From: a virus
Virus record (IMG/VR): IMGVR_UViG_3300012944_000001
Coordinates: 47,915-111,914 of that record
DNA length: 64,000 bases
Reading direction: 5' to 3' (one strand)
In this document: in pieces, positions 23,695-34,784 of the stretch
How positions within the stretch are numbered: the stretch's first letter is position 1
Layout of the letters: each line of letters starts with the position of its first letter
The notes under the pieces: generated by a model
Told to the model about the DNA's origin: nothing
Seen by the model: the letters and a program-made list of their open reading frames with translations, nothing else
Database searches by the model: none
Program-made: the position numbers and the translations under genes

Positions 23695-25404
23695 ATGTCA
23701 ATGACTTTCTACTCTCCTTCAATGAGAGCTTCTGCTTCAGACCTAGCGATTGCTATAAGCCCGCTAGGTCTAGTTGAGCTTTCTGACGAAGAGTTTGAAA
23801 TGCATGGACCACGTTTAAATAGATACGCAGAATACTGGGCCTGGTACTTAGGGCATCATTGGGGAACTCGTAGAGAATTTGGTGATCCTCAACTTACCTT
23901 TAATTACATAAAAGCCTTTGCTGATTATATTAATAACTTTTGCTTCTCCAGAGGAATTTCCTTTGATACCATTAAAGAGTACGATCATATTATTCCTGCC
24001 TTACTAAAGAGAATTTGGCAACAGGATAATAATATGAAAGCTGTTACTTGGGAATTGGGTCAGCAAGGAGGTGTCTCTGGAGATGCTTTCGTTAAAGTAG
24101 CTTATGAACCCGCTTGGGAAGATGAAGCAGGAAATATTCATCCCGGAAGAGTTCGTATCCTTCCTCTTAATTCTGCTTATTGTTTCCCTACGTGGCACCC
24201 ACACGATAGAGACAGACTTCTTGAGTTTAAATTAAAGTACCGTTTCTGGGGAACAAATACGGAAGGTACTAGATCTGTATATACATATACTGAACTTATT
24301 CGTTCTGATACCATCAGAGAATTTGTTAATGATGAACTAATTGATGAGCGCCCAAATGCTCTAGGCGTTATTCCTATTGTGCATATTGCTAATCATCCCG
24401 CTTCCGGATCCCCTTGGGGAATGTCCGATGTGCAGGATTTGATTACCCTTAATCGTCAGTACAATGAAACTGCTACTGATATCGCAGACATCGTTAATTA
24501 TCATGCAGCTCCTATTACCGTTGTTATCGGTGCGAAACCTTCTCAGCTTGAGAAAGGAACCAACCGCGTTTGGAGTATTGGTAACAAGGATGTAGATATT
24601 CATAACCTTGAAAATGGCGTAGATCTACAGTGGCCCTTGGAAGTTCTTAATACTCTTAAGCGTTCCATGCATGAAATGACCGGAGTACCTGAGTCTGCTT
24701 TGGGCCAGTCACAGCCCATTTCAAATACCTCTGGTGTGGCTCTTGCTATTCAGTTTTATCCTTTAATTCAAAAGTTCGAGCTAAAGAAGATACAATATGG
24801 TAAGGGACTAGCAAAAATAAATGAATTAGCATTAAGAACTTTATTTATTTTTGAACCCGAAGCAGCTTTATATGATCCTACTACTGAAGGTATTATTAAA
24901 GAAGGTCAACCTTTGGCAGTAGATCCAGCAGATCCACTTCTTTATTTCAGTGATATCGATTGGCCATCTCCACTTCCAGTGGATCGTTTAGTCAAGTTGA
25001 ATGAGATTGCTGCAATGATGAATATGGATATGGAAAGTCGTAGAGGAGCTTTGAAGGATCTGGGAGAACAATTCCCAGACGATAAGCTACAAGAAATCTA
25101 TGATGAACTGCACGAAGATGCTATTCGTGATGGTGCACTACGTATGCTAAGAACACAAATTGATTCTGTAACTGCTGAACTTACCGGAATGGTTCCACAA
25201 CCAGACGGTACTTCAGAAGTAGTAGATCCAGGTAAGGATGCCGAAGGCAATCCTAAGCCTCCTTCTGGAGGACCAGGAACGATTAATAAAATCGACTTGG
25301 ATAAGCTTGATGGTGCAGGTTCTATGAATGCCTTACGTGAGGCAGTGGTCACAGCGTACGGAACAAAGCTAGGTTCTCGACAGCTACCTACAGACGACAA
25401 CTAA
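23695..25404 (+). CDS. portal protein
   Basis: position; N.LG.IP.VH..N...GS.WG.SD and SG.AL portal motifs. Confidence 0.9.
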   Translation: MSMTFYSPSMRASASDLAIAISPLGLVELSDEEFEMHGPRLNRYAEYWAWYLGHHWGTRREFGDPQLTFNYIKAFADYINNFCFSRGISFDTIKEYDHIIPALLKRIWQQDNNMKAVTWELGQQGGVSGDAFVKVAYEPAWEDEAGNIHPGRVRILPLNSAYCFPTWHPHDRDRLLEFKLKYRFWGTNTEGTRSVYTYTELIRSDTIREFVNDELIDERPNALGVIPIVHIANHPASGSPWGMSDVQDLITLNRQYNETATDIADIVNYHAAPITVVIGAKPSQLEKGTNRVWSIGNKDVDIHNLENGVDLQWPLEVLNTLKRSMHEMTGVPESALGQSQPISNTSGVALAIQFYPLIQKFELKKIQYGKGLAKINELALRTLFIFEPEAALYDPTTEGIIKEGQPLAVDPADPLLYFSDIDWPSPLPVDRLVKLNEIAAMMNMDMESRRGALKDLGEQFPDDKLQEIYDELHEDAIRDGALRMLRTQIDSVTAELTGMVPQPDGTSEVVDPGKDAEGNPKPPSGGPGTINKIDLDKLDGAGSMNALREAVVTAYGTKLGSRQLPTDDN

Positions 25405-25474
25405 GTACACATTTAAGTAAATTCACATGGGACATATTCGGAAAACAAATAGCTAAAATTTAGGAGATATAACA

Positions 25475-26293
25475 ATGGCAACTCCAGTACAGCCAAATTT
25501 GGTGACATCAATTGAGTCTCCAAATCCGGCAGGAAACGGTGCGCAGAGTCCGAATCCTTCCCCAGCAGCTTTTCAGCATGGCGCTACAGGTGAACGAATA
25601 TTTACCGCAGACGACATTGCAAAGGCTCGTAAGGAAGAGAAGGATAAGCTGTATCCCGAGCTGACTTCATTAAAGGAACAATGGGCAGAAGCTCAGAAAA
25701 CCTTACAGACGCTTGCGGATCAACGTACTGCGGAACAAGCCGAAGTCGATCGTAAAGAAGCCGAGAAGCAAGCTTTAATCCAAGCTAAGAAAGATGAAGA
25801 GATGTCTGCAAAGGCTCTTCTGGAAGCTAAGCTGGAGGAGACTAATAATACCTGGGAATCACGTTTTGCCCAGTTGCAGCAAGAAAGAGAATCTGAACGT
25901 GCAGTACTTGCAAAGGAAAGACAACTAAACGAACTTGTAGATTATAGAAATTCTCAATTACAAGCAAGCAGTACTGAGATCGCACCTCAATTCCATAATT
26001 TCATTACAGGTGAGACTAAGGAACAAATTGACAACGCTATAGCACAAGCAAAGGTTGCTACTCAGTCAATCGCAGAAGAAGTCGCTCAAGCTCGTACGCA
26101 ACAAACACAGCAGGCTCGTGGAGTTTCTCCCACAGGCTATACAGCTCTTGGTCCACTAGATGGAACCATGGGGCAGAAGCAGTACACAGCTGAGGATATT
26201 AATAAGATGTCCATGGCTGAATACACTAAGTGGCGTCAGGAGTATGGAATTGCTAATAGTGACGCTCAAAGAAGCCGTGGCATTCTCGGTTAA
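25475..26293 (+). CDS. capsid scaffolding protein
   Basis: coiled-coil E/K/Q-rich protein between portal and capsid; ends ...MSMAEY. Confidence 0.8.
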   Translation: MATPVQPNLVTSIESPNPAGNGAQSPNPSPAAFQHGATGERIFTADDIAKARKEEKDKLYPELTSLKEQWAEAQKTLQTLADQRTAEQAEVDRKEAEKQALIQAKKDEEMSAKALLEAKLEETNNTWESRFAQLQQERESERAVLAKERQLNELVDYRNSQLQASSTEIAPQFHNFITGETKEQIDNAIAQAKVATQSIAEEVAQARTQQTQQARGVSPTGYTALGPLDGTMGQKQYTAEDINKMSMAEYTKWRQEYGIANSDAQRSRGILG

Positions 26294-26366
26294 GTAAATG
26301 CTTTAAAAGAAACTATCTGGGCTTATCGGCTAGTGCCCTTGCCCATACAAACGATAAGGACTAAAC

Positions 26367-27404
26367 ATGGCAGGATCAGCCATTACGGGCACACCGAATA
26401 TCTCTGGTGCTCCAACATCTTACCCTGGTGGTAGCTCAGCTCTTTCTCCAGCTATCCAGACCGTATGGTCAAAAGAAATTCTATTCCAAGCAATGCCGAT
26501 TCTAAGATTCGAGCAATTTGCTGTAAAGAAGACAGAGCTTGGTGTTACTCCAGGTCTTACAATTAACTTTATGCGTTACAACAACCTAGGACAAGCTAGC
26601 CAGCTTGTTGAAGGTATCCGTATGCAGACTGCTCCACTGACAGCTAGTCAGTTCAGCATTACTGTAGCTGAGCAGGGATTCGCTGTTGCTGTTTCTGAGC
26701 TTCTGCTAAACGCTTCCTTTGATGATGTTATGGCTTCTGCCTCACGTCTTCTAGGACGTAACATGGCTACCTATCTAGACGTATCTGCTCGTAATACTCT
26801 TCTACAGGCTTCTTCTCAGCTCTTCGGGTATGAGAAGGACACTGGTGCATTGAACAACCAGGTTTACTACAACACCGGTACTCCTGGTACAGGTAATGTT
26901 TCCATGACTGGAGACTTCAACCTAACTTCTCAGACAATCTACGACGCAGTAGAAACACTGGCAACAAAGAACGTACCCCGCCTAGGGGAGACATATGTCT
27001 GTTTTGTCCACCCTCACCAGAGCCGTTGGCTACGTAACGATCCTCAGTTCATTGAGATGACTAAGTATGCAGCCCCCGGTAACTTTATGCTAGGTGAAAT
27101 CGGGCGCCTAAATGACGTAGTCTTCATCGAGACTACTCAAGTTCGTAATGTTGTCGGTGGCGCTGGCGCCGGTTGGACAACAGATACAACAACTGGTGGT
27201 GTAACAACTGGTAATGGAAACGCTAACCGTTATGACTCTATCTTTATCGGAGACAATGCATTCGGTCATGCTATTTCTCTACCCGTTGAATTACGTGACG
27301 GCGGAATTCTTGACTTCGGAAGAGAGCACGCACTTGCGTGGTACGCTATCTGGGGACTTGGCCTGATTACTGATATTTCTGTAGTTATCGCCTCTACTAA
27401 CTAA
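26367..27404 (+). CDS. major capsid protein
   Basis: position; YVCFVHP, GEIG...DV.FIET, D.GR...AWY. Confidence 0.92.
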   Translation: MAGSAITGTPNISGAPTSYPGGSSALSPAIQTVWSKEILFQAMPILRFEQFAVKKTELGVTPGLTINFMRYNNLGQASQLVEGIRMQTAPLTASQFSITVAEQGFAVAVSELLLNASFDDVMASASRLLGRNMATYLDVSARNTLLQASSQLFGYEKDTGALNNQVYYNTGTPGTGNVSMTGDFNLTSQTIYDAVETLATKNVPRLGETYVCFVHPHQSRWLRNDPQFIEMTKYAAPGNFMLGEIGRLNDVVFIETTQVRNVVGGAGAGWTTDTTTGGVTTGNGNANRYDSIFIGDNAFGHAISLPVELRDGGILDFGREHALAWYAIWGLGLITDISVVIASTN

Positions 27405-27431
27405 TATTTACTTTATGTCCGTTTAGGACAC

Positions 27432-27467
27432 GCCCCTTCTCAGTGCCCCTTGCTGGGGAGGGGCTTC
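27432..27467 (+). terminator. hairpin after capsid gene
   Basis: GC-rich ccccttctcag/ctggggagggg-type stem. Confidence 0.5.
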
Positions 27468-27502
27468 ACACTAATACATGAGCTACAAAATTGGAGAATA
27501 GA

Positions 27503-27880
27503 ATGCCACCACGTAAAAGAGCCGGAGATCTTACCGGCATTGAGACTGAGCGTCTACAGAAGGAAAATGCCGCAGAGCTTAAGAAGCGCGCACAAGAAAT
27601 TTCCTTGATGGCTGAAGTTGAAGCTGAGATCAATGAAATTCCCATCGATTATTCAAACGGACCTATTACTTCTGTACAAACAGATGAACTGGACGTTGAT
27701 CAGGAAATTCAGCTAGATACGCCTACTCGTGTTATTGTTCCTAATACAACATTAGAGCAAGTTACTTTCGGTGCCGGAAAGCATTACACTTTTGAAGAAG
27801 GACGAAAGTATACTGTCTCTGTAGAATTAGCACGACACCTATCAAGTAAGGGCCTCCTTTGGGAGGGCGGATACCGCTAA
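27503..27880 (+). CDS. hypothetical virion-associated protein
   Basis: GGAG RBS before ATG 27503. Confidence 0.65.
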   Translation: MPPRKRAGDLTGIETERLQKENAAELKKRAQEISLMAEVEAEINEIPIDYSNGPITSVQTDELDVDQEIQLDTPTRVIVPNTTLEQVTFGAGKHYTFEEGRKYTVSVELARHLSSKGLLWEGGYR

Positions 27881-27895
27881 GAAAAGGAATAATAC

Positions 27896-28348
27896 ATGTC
27901 AGGCAATCTAACGGATACTACGGATCGTGCCATCCTTAATTGGATAACTGGTACATCTTTGGGCGGATGGATACCTCCCACAACAGGTTATGTGGCTTTG
28001 CTGACGGTAGATCCTGGTACTACTTCTGCAAACCCCACAGATCCTCAAGTATCTGAATTAACAGAATTAGCTGCGGTTGGTTACTCCCGCCAAGCAGTTA
28101 CTTGGACAGCGGCAACTTCTCCAGTTAATGGAACAAGTCAGATTCAAAATAATAACTTAGTAACCTTTGGTCCTTTTACAGCATCTAATGGTTCAGGTAC
28201 TCCTACTACATATGGCGCTTTAGTTACTACAGCATCAGGTACTACAGGAGAAGTTATTTCAGTATGGGAATGGGACACACCTGTTCTTGCTGTTCAAACT
28301 CAATCCATTACTATTCCGATTGCCAATATCACTCTCACACAACAGTAG
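27896..28348 (+). CDS. virion structural protein
   Basis: YVALLT.DP...E....GYSRQ.V.W motif. Confidence 0.7.
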   Translation: MSGNLTDTTDRAILNWITGTSLGGWIPPTTGYVALLTVDPGTTSANPTDPQVSELTELAAVGYSRQAVTWTAATSPVNGTSQIQNNNLVTFGPFTASNGSGTPTTYGALVTTASGTTGEVISVWEWDTPVLAVQTQSITIPIANITLTQQ

Positions 28349-28354
28349 GTCTCT

Positions 28355-29179
28355 ATGGCATTTACCGTGCAGGATATTATTAACAGAGTCCGAATAGAGT
28401 TAGGGGATACTGGCGCACCTTTCTCCGACACCTTTCTTGGTACAGGAATGCTTTCTACCTATGACTTAACTGAGTTCAATATATGGAATGAAACAGTGAC
28501 GTGGATTAGAAATCAATCCCCTGTTCTTCTTGTAAAAAATACTGACTATACCATGAACTACCAAGAAGGACGTATATTTCTTACAGGAATTCCTTCACCT
28601 CTCCCACAAGGAGATACCTTGGTAGTATCTGGCCAAGCCAGCGGTATGTTCTCTGATGAAGAATTAGGATCATTTGTTAACGATGCCGTTCTTCAACATG
28701 CACATGGAAGAACAGTAAAAACTAGATTCAAAGATTCTAATGGCTTCATAAAGTATGTAACAGTACCTATGGATCTATCAAATCTTCCTGACGTAGAAGG
28801 TACCTTAGTTGCTTTGAGAGCAACAATTGATGCGCTATGGTCTCTAGCAACAGATGCAAGTACTGATATTGATATTTCCAGCGCAGACGGAACTTCTGTT
28901 CCTCGTAGTCAGCGTTACCATCAGTTGCGTGAGCAGATTGATGGTATGACCGATAGATACAATCAGTTATGCGCTATGATGAATATTGGACTTAATGCTA
29001 TTGAAATGTCCAAGATAAGAAGAGTATCTAAGACTACCAACCGTCTTGTTCCGATCTTTGAGGACAGAGAATACGACGACTACGAATTACCACGTCGCCA
29101 GTTGCCTCCAATTGATAATCGTGATGAAGACGAATCCAACCTGCAATCTCCTGTCTTTGGTGGAATGTGGGGACTATAA
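28355..29179 (+). CDS. head-to-tail adaptor
   Basis: position; RVR.ELGD, FSDEEL, DG.SVPRSQRY. Confidence 0.7.
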   Translation: MAFTVQDIINRVRIELGDTGAPFSDTFLGTGMLSTYDLTEFNIWNETVTWIRNQSPVLLVKNTDYTMNYQEGRIFLTGIPSPLPQGDTLVVSGQASGMFSDEELGSFVNDAVLQHAHGRTVKTRFKDSNGFIKYVTVPMDLSNLPDVEGTLVALRATIDALWSLATDASTDIDISSADGTSVPRSQRYHQLREQIDGMTDRYNQLCAMMNIGLNAIEMSKIRRVSKTTNRLVPIFEDREYDDYELPRRQLPPIDNRDEDESNLQSPVFGGMWGL

Positions 29180-29215
29180 ATTGATGAAGACCCTTATAGA
29201 CAAGGATGTATCCCT

Positions 29216-29971
29216 ATGGGAAGAATAGGTTGGAAAGGTGGACGCTTTTCCGTAGACTTTGAAACATCCGAAATCTATAAGGGTCTTCGTGATTGGCAGC
29301 GATGGACTGGAGATAATGTTTATTATTTCAGATTCGCCTATGATCAATCCAGCGTAGATCCTGTATATGGAGAAGCGGACTCCCCTATGGGACGAGTTTA
29401 CTTTGGCCCTAATTTGATTCCCGCTCTTCACGTTATCCATATTGAAGGAGATAACGATAATACAGAAGACGGTTTTTACTACAATGATCGTGCACATATA
29501 ACATTGTCTTTTGATCAACTAAAACGTACTGGCCTAGATCGCATGGATTTGAATACGCAGAATTACTTAAAAGACAGATTTATATATGATACTAAAGTAT
29601 TTCGTGTAACAAGTGTTCAGATTCTAGGACAGATTCAACAAAAAGATATAATTGTATCAATTGATGCTACTCAGGTAAAGCCTGATGAAATGGTCAATGA
29701 TCTTCAATTTGCTCAATATGTATCTCCCAATGACAAGCAGTTCTCTCAGAGATTCAGTCTTAACGACGCAGTCTACGATCCTTACGTCAGTGGTCAAGGT
29801 ATGTATCCTTTGAACTACTCTCACGCTTCTCCCGCTGGTGCTATGAGTAAAGCACTACAGCAAGTATCACCTTCTCTCCGCAGTACTGTATATGCTCCAC
29901 CAATTATCTTGGTATATGGAGAAGGTTTTTATGGTGAAGGAGGTTATGGTGGCGGCCCCATTACATCTTAG
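29216..29971 (+). CDS. head-to-tail stopper / neck protein
   Basis: position; DPVYGE, DRF.Y...VF.V. Confidence 0.65.
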   Translation: MGRIGWKGGRFSVDFETSEIYKGLRDWQRWTGDNVYYFRFAYDQSSVDPVYGEADSPMGRVYFGPNLIPALHVIHIEGDNDNTEDGFYYNDRAHITLSFDQLKRTGLDRMDLNTQNYLKDRFIYDTKVFRVTSVQILGQIQQKDIIVSIDATQVKPDEMVNDLQFAQYVSPNDKQFSQRFSLNDAVYDPYVSGQGMYPLNYSHASPAGAMSKALQQVSPSLRSTVYAPPIILVYGEGFYGEGGYGGGPITS

Positions 29972-29983
29972 AAAAGGTATCTT

Positions 29984-32170
29984 ATGGCACTAGTACTACC
30001 TGTTCGCGGACAAGCGGATTGGGATATAGCCAATAACAACGCTTTGATATATCTTCAAAGTGCTATTAACGTTGCCTCCTCTCAAATTAATGGAGTAACA
30101 GTATCTGGTACTCCAAATGTTGATGACGTAATAAAAGCTACCAGCTCTGTTACAGCGCATTGGGCCCCAGGAGGCGGAGCTGTTGGCGCCTTACTCGCAG
30201 CTAATAATTTATCTGATCTGCAAAGTGCTCCTACAGCTCGAACCAATCTTGGCCTAGGAACAGCCGCTACGGCCTCTTCTAGCGCCTTTGACGCAGCGGG
30301 GGCAGCAACCACCGCACAAACAAATGCAGGCTCTTACACGGACGCACAGATAGCTTCTGAGGTTACACGTGCTAATGCCGCTTATCTGGTCAAGGCAAGT
30401 AATTTAGCTGATTTAACAAATGCGGCAACCGCTAGAACTAACCTTGGATTAGGTACCGCTGCTACTCAAGCCAGCTCAGCATTTGATGCTGCTGGTGCTG
30501 CTACAACAGCTCAAGCAAATGCTATAGCTGATGCTATTACTAAGTACATGCCTCTTCGTGCTGACATATTTGATGTTACTAAATATGGCGCTAAGGGAGA
30601 TGGACAATTCATTATTGATGGAGCTATTACTTCTGGACAAGCAGATCTTACATCTACCTCGGGAAAATTTGTTTCTGGGGATGTGGGTAAGTATATATTA
30701 ATTAAAGGCGCTGCTAACTCTACAGTAACCTCTCTAGTGGCCCAGATTATTACTTTTGTAAATTCTAACCATGTAGTAATTAATACAAATGCTGTAACAA
30801 CAGTAACGAATGCTCTAGTGTTGTGGGCAACAAATGATACTGTTGCTATTCAGACAGCTATTAATGCTGCAACGGTATATGCCGCTGCTCATGGAACAGC
30901 CACAGTATTCTTTCCTACAGGTTCCGGATATTTCTACGGTATTGCTGGATCACTAGACACTACACATTCTGGAAACTCTCAACTATATCTAGCTCCTGTA
31001 GTTACTACAGCTAACAAATCCAATCTGATATTTCTAGGAGTAGGTAATGGCTCTGTTCTACAGCACTGGCTACAGAAAACTCCGCAACTAAGCGGAAGTA
31101 CTTTAGTATCCTTTGGCTTGTATGCAAACTCTACCGTTCAGAATAGTGATATAACTGCCCACGGAAATGCCTGTGTAATTGGCGGTCCAGCTCAACCTAG
31201 TGGTTATGGAACTTCTTCACTTCTGTTCAGCAATATGGGTGTGACGTTCAAGGATATATCTATTCTTGTTCCTCATAGTATGGGGGGCCTAAGTTATTCC
31301 GCTGGAGATATGTCAGGAGTTTCTAATTGTTGTTTATTTGATTTCGCTTACGGAACAGCAGGAGTAGTTCCTGACGGAGATTATGTCAATCCTAATCTCT
31401 TTGCCGCCGGACTATCTATTGGATGGTTGATGCCTGCCAATGGAAATAATGATTTGTGCACCGTAAGAAATGTCACTTGTCATGGTGGTTTTGTATTTGC
31501 TTTCTTTATGACAGAACATGCTGTAATTGATAGTATGAGAATTCTTTACTCTTGGTCCGCTTTATGTCCTATAAGTACATACTTTGGATCAGTAGGAGCT
31601 TCCCATGCTATGTGGGTAAATCAACTATCCGCAGAAGGCTGTGTCAACGAAGTGAATATCTTTGGTGCTGGGGTATCTGGTATAGGTCCGTTCCTAAATA
31701 TCGATCAATTGGATACTGAACATAGTAATATTACTTTTACAGATAGAAATTCCGGAACAGCTTTAGCTGCCGCATTAGGTACAGTAAGACTTGTGGGATT
31801 ATATACACCTTCCAATGTTACGGTTACAGCGCCTACTGGTCTAAAGATTATTGATGGACAAAGAGCTTATCCTTCTAAAACTGTAACTGCTAATTATAAT
31901 GTATCGGTTATTGATGAGACTATTTACGCAGATGCCACCGCTGGAGCAATAAATATTAATTTAACTAGTGCGCAATGGACACCTAACACTTATACAATAG
32001 TAAAGACAGATTCCAGTGCCAACCATGTAAATGTAATAGCCCAGGGCGGACAAACTATTATAGGTACTATAGGTTTGGGCACAGGTACAGCAGCATTGAC
32101 TAGTCAATATCAGAAAATAAAAGTGGCACCACAAGGCGGTATAAATACTAATTGGTACGAAGTACTATAA
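29984..32170 (+). CDS. fibre/tailspike with pectate-lyase-like beta-helix
   Basis: NNLSDL...ARTNLGL repeats; FDVTKYGAKGDG...NDT.AIQ.AINAA. Confidence 0.8.
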   Translation: MALVLPVRGQADWDIANNNALIYLQSAINVASSQINGVTVSGTPNVDDVIKATSSVTAHWAPGGGAVGALLAANNLSDLQSAPTARTNLGLGTAATASSSAFDAAGAATTAQTNAGSYTDAQIASEVTRANAAYLVKASNLADLTNAATARTNLGLGTAATQASSAFDAAGAATTAQANAIADAITKYMPLRADIFDVTKYGAKGDGQFIIDGAITSGQADLTSTSGKFVSGDVGKYILIKGAANSTVTSLVAQIITFVNSNHVVINTNAVTTVTNALVLWATNDTVAIQTAINAATVYAAAHGTATVFFPTGSGYFYGIAGSLDTTHSGNSQLYLAPVVTTANKSNLIFLGVGNGSVLQHWLQKTPQLSGSTLVSFGLYANSTVQNSDITAHGNACVIGGPAQPSGYGTSSLLFSNMGVTFKDISILVPHSMGGLSYSAGDMSGVSNCCLFDFAYGTAGVVPDGDYVNPNLFAAGLSIGWLMPANGNNDLCTVRNVTCHGGFVFAFFMTEHAVIDSMRILYSWSALCPISTYFGSVGASHAMWVNQLSAEGCVNEVNIFGAGVSGIGPFLNIDQLDTEHSNITFTDRNSGTALAAALGTVRLVGLYTPSNVTVTAPTGLKIIDGQRAYPSKTVTANYNVSVIDETIYADATAGAININLTSAQWTPNTYTIVKTDSSANHVNVIAQGGQTIIGTIGLGTGTAALTSQYQKIKVAPQGGINTNWYEVL

Positions 32171-32185
32171 GGATAGGAAAACAAT

Positions 32186-34105
32186 ATGACTTTTACTCCC
32201 ATTGTTAAAGGAACACCTAATTGGGATGTTCCTTTAAACAGTGCGCTAACTTCGTTAGAAAATGAAATAACCGCTGGTGCTTCTGTTATCAATGGTGTAA
32301 CAGTAACTAATACACCTGTTACTAACAATATTCTTACCGCAACAGGCCCTACTACTGCCGCCTGGACTACTACTCCTTTTCCTTCTTCCGCAGTAGTTCA
32401 AGTACCAGCTCCTACAGGAGTAGCCGCCACAGATCAAACAAACATTAATAATGCCATAGCTACTCTTCCTTCTGGGGGAGGAATAGTACAACTACAAGCA
32501 GGTACCTACGTAGTGCCCGCACCCGGATCCGCCTCTAGTGGTTGTGTAAACATGTCAGTCAATAATTCAGTATTGGCAGGCATGGGCATGGGAGTAACTA
32601 CTATCAAACTGGCGGCAGGGTCTACCGGAGTTACTGGAATTGCCAGAACACCTTCTGCTGTAGCCAATTCTAAAATTACATTTAAAGATTTTACTATCGA
32701 TGGAAACGCAGCCAACCAAACAGGCACACCTGTTATTGTAGGTTTTTTCTGTGGAGTAACGCCCAATAGTACTGCGACTGATACAGACATAGCCGTAATT
32801 CGTGTAGAGATTATGAACTGTACTGGTTATGGTTTTGATCCACATGAAAGAACAACACGCCTATATATGCTTGGATGTATATCACATAATAATGGTACTG
32901 ATGGTGCCCATGATGGTTTCACTTTAGATGCTTGTTATGATTCTCAGATCATAGGGTGTGTAAGTTACTCTAATGGACGTCATGGCTTTAATTTAGTTAC
33001 TGCCTCTAACTCAGTACAATTAATAGGTTGTGAATCCTATAGCAATTCTGGTGCAGGAATAGTATTACAGAATGGTTCCAAAAATACTATTATTACTAGT
33101 TGCAAAGTACGTAATAATACTTTAGAGGGAATTCTTATTAATGGATTACCACAATCGGGGCAGCAAGATAATACTCCTGGTGCCAGCAATTCTGTAAAAT
33201 CTAATGAGATTTTACTATCAGGTACTCACGGTATTCACATAGTTGGTGGAAGTTATAATCATATCTCCGGAAATACTGTAAGAGATTCTTCTCAAACTAC
33301 TACTAATACTTCTAATCAAATTTATTTAGATGAATCTGGAACAACATATTCTACATATAATACTGTTACAGACAATGATCTAAACGTAAGCGGTGTTACG
33401 AATGCTCCTAAATACGGTATATTTGAGAAGACAGTCAATGAAGATTTTAATTTCGTATTTGGTAACAGAAGTCTAGGCGCTGTAACTTCGCAAATCTTGT
33501 TGGCAGGAACCACATCTGTACGCCTTGCCGCACACAACGGAGTCAATGAGCACCCTGTTACTACTCCTTATGTGCAAGATATTCCTTCCATGCACGGATT
33601 ACTTGAATGGCCTTTTGCTACTTCACAAGCTGGAGGTAGCAGCACTTTAAGTAAGGGACAGATAACTTTACAACGTATAACATCGCAAACTGGTGGAACT
33701 ATATCTAATGTAGCATTCAACGTAGTTACTGCCGCAGCCGGATTAGCTACTAGTTTTATAGGAATTTATAGTGCTGACGGACAAACATTACTAGCACAGT
33801 CTGCTGATTTTTCTAGCACAGTTGGGACAAGCACCGGTTCTTTCACTATCCCGCTTACTGCTTCTTTTGTACTAAGTCCTGGCCAAGTTGTTCTTGTAGG
33901 AATACTTGTAGGAAATGCAACCACTACAGCCTTCGGGCCAGCGAGAGCAGCCACAGGTGCTAATACTAAGAACTACGGACTTACTACAGCTTCTCCATTG
34001 ATGACTTCTACCTTCGGTACCACTTTGACCGCACTGCCTTCTACAATAACTTTGGCATCTACAAGCGGTACCGGTGCTGTTGACTTCTGGTTCGGGCTTA
34101 AATAA
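32186..34105 (+). CDS. right-handed beta-helix fibre/depolymerase
   Basis: DQ.NIN.AI..L..GGG.V.L.AGTY; repeated N...G motifs. Confidence 0.8.
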   Translation: MTFTPIVKGTPNWDVPLNSALTSLENEITAGASVINGVTVTNTPVTNNILTATGPTTAAWTTTPFPSSAVVQVPAPTGVAATDQTNINNAIATLPSGGGIVQLQAGTYVVPAPGSASSGCVNMSVNNSVLAGMGMGVTTIKLAAGSTGVTGIARTPSAVANSKITFKDFTIDGNAANQTGTPVIVGFFCGVTPNSTATDTDIAVIRVEIMNCTGYGFDPHERTTRLYMLGCISHNNGTDGAHDGFTLDACYDSQIIGCVSYSNGRHGFNLVTASNSVQLIGCESYSNSGAGIVLQNGSKNTIITSCKVRNNTLEGILINGLPQSGQQDNTPGASNSVKSNEILLSGTHGIHIVGGSYNHISGNTVRDSSQTTTNTSNQIYLDESGTTYSTYNTVTDNDLNVSGVTNAPKYGIFEKTVNEDFNFVFGNRSLGAVTSQILLAGTTSVRLAAHNGVNEHPVTTPYVQDIPSMHGLLEWPFATSQAGGSSTLSKGQITLQRITSQTGGTISNVAFNVVTAAAGLATSFIGIYSADGQTLLAQSADFSSTVGTSTGSFTIPLTASFVLSPGQVVLVGILVGNATTTAFGPARAATGANTKNYGLTTASPLMTSTFGTTLTALPSTITLASTSGTGAVDFWFGLK

Positions 34106-34129
34106 TACATATTAATGTAGGGGTTGTGC

Positions 34130-34750
34130 ATGTTTATCTTTAATGAAGACAGAGCCATGAAGAATAAGTTTTCTAATTTGGTTGTACAAGATGTAAATGC
34201 TCCAGATATGGGATCACCTGTGCAAGTCATATGGTTGGACGCTGATGTAGAACTTACTAATCTGACCTATCCTTCTATCATTGTTGCTAATACTGGATTA
34301 TCGTTTGCCGAGGATAGAGCTCATTCAGGCTGGTTTCAACTTCCTTATACTCCTGAAAATTTTGATCAATGGATAAGTGATAGTACAGAAGATGTAACGC
34401 AAAGTCCTTATTGGGCTTTCACACCTATACCGTATAATATTGATTATCAAATAGAAATATTAGCAAGAAACAATAAACACTCTACTTTCCTTTCTGCCAT
34501 ACTATCTGGTCCAGACTTTCTTAGTGTGCGTCATGGGTATCTAGCTATTCCAGAAGATGGCACAGTACGTAGACTAGATCTTATGTCTGGGCCAGAAAGA
34601 CAAAGTACGCATGATACGGACGGGAAGAGAATTTTCCACACAATTTATACGGTAAGAGTTTCTACGGAACTATTGCCTGTCGAGATTGATGCCTATTCAA
34701 AGGTTACGAAAGTTGTGGATACTATTACTGTTCTTCCACCTGTAATATAG
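34130..34750 (+). CDS. tail terminator / sheath stabiliser-like protein
   Basis: position before sheath; YPSI, P.PYNIDYQI. Confidence 0.65.
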   Translation: MFIFNEDRAMKNKFSNLVVQDVNAPDMGSPVQVIWLDADVELTNLTYPSIIVANTGLSFAEDRAHSGWFQLPYTPENFDQWISDSTEDVTQSPYWAFTPIPYNIDYQIEILARNNKHSTFLSAILSGPDFLSVRHGYLAIPEDGTVRRLDLMSGPERQSTHDTDGKRIFHTIYTVRVSTELLPVEIDAYSKVTKVVDTITVLPPVI

Positions 34751-34784
34751 CTATCCATAATTATCAATTAGCTAGGAGATATTA

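Noticed and set aside
30200-30520. Nucleotide repeat in the fibre gene as a DGR template/variable repeat
   Set aside because: It is an in-frame protein repeat (NLxDL...ARTNLGLGTAAT) with synonymous divergence, and no reverse transcriptase is present.
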